DNA from: a virus
Lineage: Duplodnaviria > Caudoviricetes
Direction: 5' to 3' (one strand)
Length of the DNA: 50,853 bases
IMG/VR virus record: IMGVR_UViG_3300037468_000175
Span: 1-50,853 of that record
The stretch's first letter is position 1. Each line of letters begins with the position of its first letter. Below the pieces are notes generated by a model. It did no database searches. It was not told the origin of the DNA and was given only the letters and a program-made list of their open reading frames with translations. Positions 45,541-50,853 of this stretch are shown here, in pieces. A program made the position numbers and the translations under genes.

Positions 45541-45989
45541 AACCCAAGAAACTCCCTACGGGTAGGCCACCCAAACTCAGTTTAGAGCCGGAGATAATGG
45601 ACAAGCTGGAGAGTGTTCTCCGTCTGGGGGTGTCAGACAAAATGGCTTGCGAGTATGCAAATGTCTCTAGGGATACGTATTATAAGTGGCTAAAAATTGA
45701 CAAATCTTTTTCCGACAGAATGATGACGGCCAAGAACTACGCCAGGATAGCGGCTGGACAGGTGGTCGTTCAGGCCATTGTGAAGGACAAGGACGTGGCC
45801 TCGGCCAGGTGGTGGTTAGAGAAGAAACACTCGGACGAGTTTAAGAGCAAGCCGGACTTTGTAACCGAGAACAAGACACAAATTAACTTCTTTAGCAACT
45901 ATGAGCAACTTGCCGAACAACTCTATCGCCTCTCTCGCCACGTTGTCCAAGGCGGACATCTTGAACCGAATCAAGACCTTAACAAGTGA
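45537..45989 (+). CDS. Terminase small subunit
   Basis: GRPPKL, AC..A.VSR.TYY.W, A..W.LE+....EF. Confidence 0.8.
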   Translation: MKPKKLPTGRPPKLSLEPEIMDKLESVLRLGVSDKMACEYANVSRDTYYKWLKIDKSFSDRMMTAKNYARIAAGQVVVQAIVKDKDVASARWWLEKKHSDEFKSKPDFVTENKTQINFFSNYEQLAEQLYRLSRHVVQGGHLEPNQDLNK

Positions 45990-46650
45990 CGAGTTAGAGA
46001 CATTCGCCTACCAGAGTGCCGTTGAGGAGGTACGGGTAGCGGCTAACGACCTCCATTATTACCTGGAGCATTTTGTAGTAACCCAGGATGAACACGATAA
46101 GGACCTTCCTTTTAAGGCACTCCCCTACCAGGAGAAGCCGTACCTCCACGAATTGGCCGACCTATTCTTGACCGAACCCTTGTTATTAGTCGAGAAATCA
46201 CGGCAGATGTTAGTGACTTGGATTATGATTGCCTGCCACCTCTGGGATGCTCAGTTCCACGAAGGGAGGCGTATATTCTTACAGTCCAAGAAAGAGTTAG
46301 ATGCCAACGCTTTGGTTGATAGAGCCAAGTTTATCTACCAGAACTACCCAGAACCGTACCGGACTATCATTCACGCCTCGTTCTCGGCCCGTGACCCGAT
46401 GGCTTACCTCCGGTTGGAGTTCCCCAAGCAAAAGTCTATTGTCCAGGGAACGCCCCAAGGGGCAGACGTACTCCGGCAATACACCGCTTCCCGTATCTTT
46501 TCAGACGAGATGGCCTTCCAAGACCGGGCAGAGGAGGCGTACATAGCCGCCCGACCCACTATTACCGGAGGCGGTTCGTTCATTGGGGTCAGTTCGCCTA
46601 ACTTTAAGAACTTCTTTTGGCGGTTAGTGAAGGACATTCACAGCCCATAA
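45901..46650 (+). CDS. Terminase large subunit, ATPase half
   Basis: EKSRQM..TW (Walker A variant), FSDEMAF (Walker B), VSSP coupling motif. Confidence 0.85.
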   Translation: MSNLPNNSIASLATLSKADILNRIKTLTSDELETFAYQSAVEEVRVAANDLHYYLEHFVVTQDEHDKDLPFKALPYQEKPYLHELADLFLTEPLLLVEKSRQMLVTWIMIACHLWDAQFHEGRRIFLQSKKELDANALVDRAKFIYQNYPEPYRTIIHASFSARDPMAYLRLEFPKQKSIVQGTPQGADVLRQYTASRIFSDEMAFQDRAEEAYIAARPTITGGGSFIGVSSPNFKNFFWRLVKDIHSP

Positions 46651-46741
46651 TATACTTGAGCCAAAAAGTATTCGGGAGTTTCTTAACCAAGGGGAGGCAG
46701 AAACCCTCAGCGCACGGATGAAAATAACGAAGTAACCTATA

Positions 46742-46978
46742 ATGAAATACCAAAAAAGCTTTACCGTCTATCCTCAAGTAGAATGGAACTACCCCCTGAT
46801 ACTCAAGAAAGAGGAAGCCGGATTGATGGGGGTTACTCGTATCGGGTGTGAGGATATAGAGGGAAACAAGTTAGACTATTTAGACAAGAGCGATTACCTG
46901 TTCATCAATGCCCCGGACTTGGAGGCAGATAAGCCGTACAAAATAGTTATTACGTATGAAAGGGGTGAAATCAAATGA
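46742..46978 (+). CDS. Hypothetical protein
   Basis: ORF. Confidence 0.5.
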   Translation: MKYQKSFTVYPQVEWNYPLILKKEEAGLMGVTRIGCEDIEGNKLDYLDKSDYLFINAPDLEADKPYKIVITYERGEIK

Positions 46979-47391
46979 GTTACTTATGTGAGAAGTGCGG
47001 GGCCGAGTTTGAGGAGTTGTCGGAGTACAAGGACCATCGGGTTAACCACCAGTTAGGCCGGATACCGGCCAAATCAGTGGAGGAGTTAACCGGATTTGAG
47101 CCACCTGAGATGGGTGTACCCGGACCTACAGCTACCGGTGAACAAATTACGGCCGAACCATTACAACCGACCACCGCCCCCACCAAAGCCCCGTGGCACG
47201 AACCGGAGAAACTCGACTTGGTGTACAAATATGAAGGCGAATGCCCCACCTGCCGGAATCAAGTCGAAACTTTAGTCTTGGATGACGTTCTCCAAAAGGG
47301 TGAGGTGACCATTAAGAGTAAAGTAATAGTAGTGGCTTGGTGCAACCATTGTCATAAGAAGTTACGCCAACGGATTGTTACCAAGTTATGA
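46975..47391 (+). CDS. C2H2 plus zinc-ribbon protein
   Basis: CEKC...H...H; CPTC...CNHC. Confidence 0.65.
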   Translation: MSYLCEKCGAEFEELSEYKDHRVNHQLGRIPAKSVEELTGFEPPEMGVPGPTATGEQITAEPLQPTTAPTKAPWHEPEKLDLVYKYEGECPTCRNQVETLVLDDVLQKGEVTIKSKVIVVAWCNHCHKKLRQRIVTKL

Positions 47392-47406
47392 GGGGGGGTG
47401 GTAATT

Positions 47407-47550
47407 ATGCCAGTCAAAGTCTCAAAGGCCAAAGGCGGGTACCGAGTCAGCACGCCAGGTGGAGTTAAGGCCAAACACACGACCAAGAAAAAAGCTATGA
47501 AACAGAAACGCCTGCTTAACGCGATTGAACACGGATACAAACCAAAATGA
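47407..47550 (+). CDS. Small basic protein (47 aa, not in ORF track)
   Basis: MPVKVSK..GGYRV.TP..VKAK.TTKKKA.KQ.RLL.AIEH; SD GGGGGTGG; ATGA overlap. Confidence 0.6.
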   Translation: MPVKVSKAKGGYRVSTPGGVKAKHTTKKKAMKQKRLLNAIEHGYKPK

Positions 47551-48443
47551 TACTACCGGTAGTCCACAATAAGAACAATAACTTCACCGTAGTCAGGGTG
47601 CATTATTCGTCTGACCCTGAAAAGAACACTCCGGAATGGGTGGCTATGGCGAAACAGGGGATGCCGGAACTGGGGTGGAATCGGGAATATGAATTGGACT
47701 ACACCGTATTCGAAGGCAAGCCATTCTTTCCGGAGTTCAAAGAGTACAACATCGGCCAGTTTGAGTACTACCCCAGGGAGACTTTGTACCGAGGATGGGA
47801 CTACGGCTTCCACCGCCCTTGTTGTTTAGTAACCCGTATCAACCCCTTTGACCAGTGGTGTTGGTTAGAGGCCATCCTGGGTGAGGATGAGGGCATAATG
47901 GAGTTCGGGAAACGGGTGCAACGCTACTGTCACGCTACCTATCCGGGGGCTAAGTACGTTGATGTGGGCGACCCTGCCGGTGAACAAGTCTCGGACAAGA
48001 GTGAGAAAACCTCGGTCCAGATACTCCAGGCATTGGGGATATACGTCAGAAGCCGGAGGCAACCGATTAAGCAGGGGTCAGAGATTATCAGGCAGAAACT
48101 TATAATGCGTGCCGATGGCAAGGTGGGATTGTTAGTCCACGTCTCCCAGAGTTATGTGATTGACGGGTTTAAGGGGGGATTGCATTACCCCGAAACTAAG
48201 GAGGGGTTGTTTAAGAGCGAGTTTTACGAGAAGGACGGGTATTACGACCACGTCTTTGATGCAGGGCGGTACTTGGCTACCGACCTCTTTACCGTTATCG
48301 GCCAGCAAGAGATGCCTAACCAACTGACTAGCGACCCTAACCGCTACGATTACCGGATGGGTAGACCGGAAGAACCGCAACAAATAGTCGACTTATCTAC
48401 CGACTTGTTCAACGATACTACCGACTTAGGAGGCGGTTTCTAA
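47547..48443 (+). CDS. Terminase large subunit, nuclease half
   Basis: W.REYE, RGWDYGF..P, GDPAG, DH..DA.RY (RNase H fold). Confidence 0.85.
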   Translation: MILPVVHNKNNNFTVVRVHYSSDPEKNTPEWVAMAKQGMPELGWNREYELDYTVFEGKPFFPEFKEYNIGQFEYYPRETLYRGWDYGFHRPCCLVTRINPFDQWCWLEAILGEDEGIMEFGKRVQRYCHATYPGAKYVDVGDPAGEQVSDKSEKTSVQILQALGIYVRSRRQPIKQGSEIIRQKLIMRADGKVGLLVHVSQSYVIDGFKGGLHYPETKEGLFKSEFYEKDGYYDHVFDAGRYLATDLFTVIGQQEMPNQLTSDPNRYDYRMGRPEEPQQIVDLSTDLFNDTTDLGGGF

Positions 48444-48670
48444 TGGATGACCAGATATTGATGGCGTTGCTTAAGGAACGCTTCCCCCATCTCTATGATG
48501 TGGAGACGCAAGTCCGGCGGGTGATTAAGGAAACTGGTTTTGGCGATGTGAGTATGGTGTTACATATTACTGGAGGATTGGTTGACCGGGGAGAAATCCT
48601 GGGGTCGTCTAAAAGAATATACTACCGGAGGGTGGGGAATAAACTAATCCGGCTTGACGCGTTCAATTAA
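48443..48670 (+). CDS. Hypothetical protein (DUF2292-like)
   Basis: GFG.V...I..G.V. Confidence 0.5.
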   Translation: MDDQILMALLKERFPHLYDVETQVRRVIKETGFGDVSMVLHITGGLVDRGEILGSSKRIYYRRVGNKLIRLDAFN

Positions 48671-48682
48671 CAGACGTATAGT
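48654..48682 (+). promoter_or_regulatory. Sigma70-type promoter upstream of the portal operon
   Basis: TTGACG-17 nt-TATAGT. Confidence 0.65.
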
Positions 48683-48715
48683 GGAAGGCAGATATATTCG
48701 TGCTTATAAGGGATA

Positions 48716-48742
48716 ACCCCACCGAGAGAGTGGGGTATTTTT
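48716..48742 (+). terminator. Intrinsic terminator-like hairpin
   Basis: ACCCCAC-CGAGAGA-GTGGGGT followed by ATTTTT. Confidence 0.6.
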
Positions 48743-48746
48743 GTAA

Positions 48747-49046
48747 ATGGACGAACAATCATTATTAGCCGAAGTTCAAACCGCCAAAGAAGCGGAAGAT
48801 TACCCCCTACTCAAAGAAAAGATGCGGGCCTTGATTGAGTACCAGAAAACACTCCCCGTTCACGGCTTCACGGATGAGGAACTAGCGGAGATGGGGGTTG
48901 ACCTGGTATTGTTAGCAAGGGAAAGGGAATTAGCGCATAATATCAAACAAGCGGAACAGGACGGAGACTTTACTACCTCCCTCCAACTCCGCAGGGAATT
49001 GGTGAAGGTCCAGCACGACCAACCCAAACTACGGGAGGTAAAATGA
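48747..49046 (+). CDS. Hypothetical protein (UVR-like helical repeats)
   Basis: A...EDY and A...GDF..A..LR patterns. Confidence 0.5.
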   Translation: MDEQSLLAEVQTAKEAEDYPLLKEKMRALIEYQKTLPVHGFTDEELAEMGVDLVLLARERELAHNIKQAEQDGDFTTSLQLRRELVKVQHDQPKLREVK

Positions 49047-49285
49047 CCAACACTGATAAGATGGTCGAGTTTGTTCTAAAGAATACTAATGACTTACCGC
49101 CATCAAAGATACACGCCTTGGCTGATGTTATTCGGGCCTTGGGTGGAGAAGTCGAAAAAGCTCCCAACCGGTTGCCAGTCAAGAACGACCCCTTAATGGA
49201 GGAGGAAGCCCCAATTGACCTATCAGAGGTCCAGGGGTTAGTCATTGATGGTCAGGCAAAACCTATCAAAATATATTCGGAGTAA
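49043..49285 (+). CDS. Hypothetical protein
   Basis: SD GGGAGGT. Confidence 0.55.
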   Translation: MTNTDKMVEFVLKNTNDLPPSKIHALADVIRALGGEVEKAPNRLPVKNDPLMEEEAPIDLSEVQGLVIDGQAKPIKIYSE

Positions 49286-49288
49286 CCT

Positions 49289-50853
49289 ATGGCTGAAGAC
49301 CTTGTACGTATTGCCCGATTGTTAGACGACAGACAAAAAGCCGAACGGTTATTCCAATCGGCCTCAGATGCCCGAAGGCGGTACGACTGGGAGTGGCTAA
49401 CCCGTGACCTATTCAGGCGTGGCTACCAGTTTAGCCGGTATGACCCGAACAACCGCACGATTATTCTGTCTACCCGTTCAATGGTCAAAATCCCCATAAA
49501 TATTACTAATGCCCAGATGCGGACCATCAAAAACCAGATTACTTCTATCCGGCCTAAATGGGAGGTCTTGCCTCGGTCGTTAAGCGAGGAGTCCAGGGAC
49601 AATGCTCGGTACAGTGGGCGAACCTTGGACTATTATTACGACCACCTTAACTTACGTAGGTTACTCAAAGAGACGATTATTCAAGGGTTGATGTATTCGG
49701 TGGGTGGCCCTTGGCAGATAGGGTATGACCCAATGGGCGGTGAGAATGGCGAGGGAAGCGTATTTGTGTGGCTGTTAGACCCGTTCGACTTCTATATTGA
49801 CCCGGCGGCTAGTTCCTTAAAAGACGCCCAATTCGTTATTAAGGCAGTCAGAACCTCATTGAACAAGATTAAAGCCAATCCGGAGTATTCCTTCTTTGAA
49901 GACTTGGCTAATATCAGGGGAGAGTTCCGGTTAGCAGCTTCGGAGTACAAGCAATTCCTGTTACAGGCACTCAAATACTACCAACCCAAGACCACCTTAG
50001 AGGAGGAGGAAGGGGTTATTCTCAAAGAGGCGTGGATTCCAGTGTACGTAACGGAGGACAACACCGATGTCATTACCGAGGAATTGAAACTGGCCGACCA
50101 AGACTTTAAGAACCTCAGAATGGGTGAAATGGTAATGAAGGTAATTACCTATATTGACAGCTTAGAAATGCCGTTAAAGTACCGCTACCAACGCCAGGAC
50201 TACTATCCCTTTACCCTGTACCAAGCCGACGTTAACCCGATGGAGATATACGGGGAGTCGTGGATTAAGCACGTCATACCAATGAACCGTGTCTTAAATG
50301 CGTTGGAGAGTTCCATATTCAAATACAATTACAAATACGCTATTGGCCGGATTGTGGTAGATAAGAATAGCGGGGTGCGGATAATCACCAATGAACACGG
50401 CGATATCGTTGAAAAGAATGCCGGTGCAGAGGTCTTTTCTTTACCCCTACAGCCGTTGCCTTCCTCTTACCAAGTCCAGATTGGCAATATGCGCCAATAT
50501 ATGGAAGACGTAGGCGGGGCGCACGAAGTCTCAATGGGGCGTATTCCGGCAGGTGTGAAGTCAGGCATCGGGATTGCCGAACTGAAAGCCGCCGATGCGG
50601 TCAACCAGCAAGACTTGGTAGACGCTTTAGAGGAGTTCCTGGGTGATGTGGGTTACAAGGTGTTAAGGGTAATTGCCGAATACTACGACATTCCCAAGGT
50701 GATTAAGGTCTTGGGTAAGACTGGTGCACCGGAACACTTCACTGTGATTGGCGAAAAAGGGGCTACCAGCCGTAAGAACCGCAAAGAAGTCAGGATAGGA
50801 CCGGATACGTTCAACCTGTCAGTAATTGGTAAGGATAACGAAGTCCAGGTCAC
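49289..50853 (+). CDS. Portal protein, N-terminal part (continues through the junction to the stop at 689; ~708 aa)
   Basis: ATG at 49289 is in frame with ORF 18..689 (50744 = position 18); lies after the terminase; podovirus portal-like sequence (DPFDFYIDP, SMGRIPAGVKSGIGIAEL). Confidence 0.85.
   Translation, partial: MAEDLVRIARLLDDRQKAERLFQSASDARRRYDWEWLTRDLFRRGYQFSRYDPNNRTIILSTRSMVKIPINITNAQMRTIKNQITSIRPKWEVLPRSLSEESRDNARYSGRTLDYYYDHLNLRRLLKETIIQGLMYSVGGPWQIGYDPMGGENGEGSVFVWLLDPFDFYIDPAASSLKDAQFVIKAVRTSLNKIKANPEYSFFEDLANIRGEFRLAASEYKQFLLQALKYYQPKTTLEEEEGVILKEAWIPVYVTEDNTDVITEELKLADQDFKNLRMGEMVMKVITYIDSLEMPLKYRYQRQDYYPFTLYQADVNPMEIYGESWIKHVIPMNRVLNALESSIFKYNYKYAIGRIVVDKNSGVRIITNEHGDIVEKNAGAEVFSLPLQPLPSSYQVQIGNMRQYMEDVGGAHEVSMGRIPAGVKSGIGIAELKAADAVNQQDLVDALEEFLGDVGYKVLRVIAEYYDIPKVIKVLGKTGAPEHFTVIGEKGATSRKNRKEVRIGPDTFNLSVIGKDNEVQV
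50727..50853. repeat. Second copy of the 127-bp terminal repeat
   Basis: Identical to 1-127. Confidence 0.95.

Noticed and set aside
46651-46741. Riboswitch or intron start after the TerL ATPase half
   Set aside because: Only a weak stem around GGCAGAAACC; no convincing consensus

Overview
This is a complete circular (or circularly permuted) tailed-phage genome of about 50.7 kb. Bases 1-127 are repeated at 50727-50853, and the portal ORF runs across that junction. The layout is podovirus-like: TerS, split TerL, portal, scaffold, capsid, adaptor/nozzle, LamG/DUF2341 fibre, ejection proteins and a lysis cassette. A minus-strand replication block holds DnaB, a PD-(D/E)XK exonuclease, SSB, RusA and MazG. 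I saw no integrase, DNA polymerase or tRNA. The standout locus is 40526-42552: a small RAMP/Cas7-like gene, then an ~850-nt G-rich non-coding array with 5-nt periodicity (about 15 GGCA-delimited units of GGY/GTY-NN), then a conserved accessory gene. Read as codon positions 1-2 with the wobble base skipped, the variable NN dinucleotides spell conserved motifs of defence and mobile-element genes: VYDPACGSGGMF (HsdM), VIVTSDGDF (NYN), KVSTKTLRRW[DE] (MerR/IS607 HTH), VST[DE]RQ (serine recombinase) and Walker-A motifs. This suggests an RNA-guided, gapped-code DNA-targeting system, and a solo unit lies at 39615. Also notable are a programmed -1 frameshift (CCCAAAA plus hairpin) that builds an ~2000-aa polyvalent ejection protein of cassettes separated by QAN[IV]PK, a TerL split by three genes, a ParB-glycosyltransferase-Glf cluster, and apparent GATC/CATG avoidance. 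All calls come from motif recognition by eye; no searches were run.
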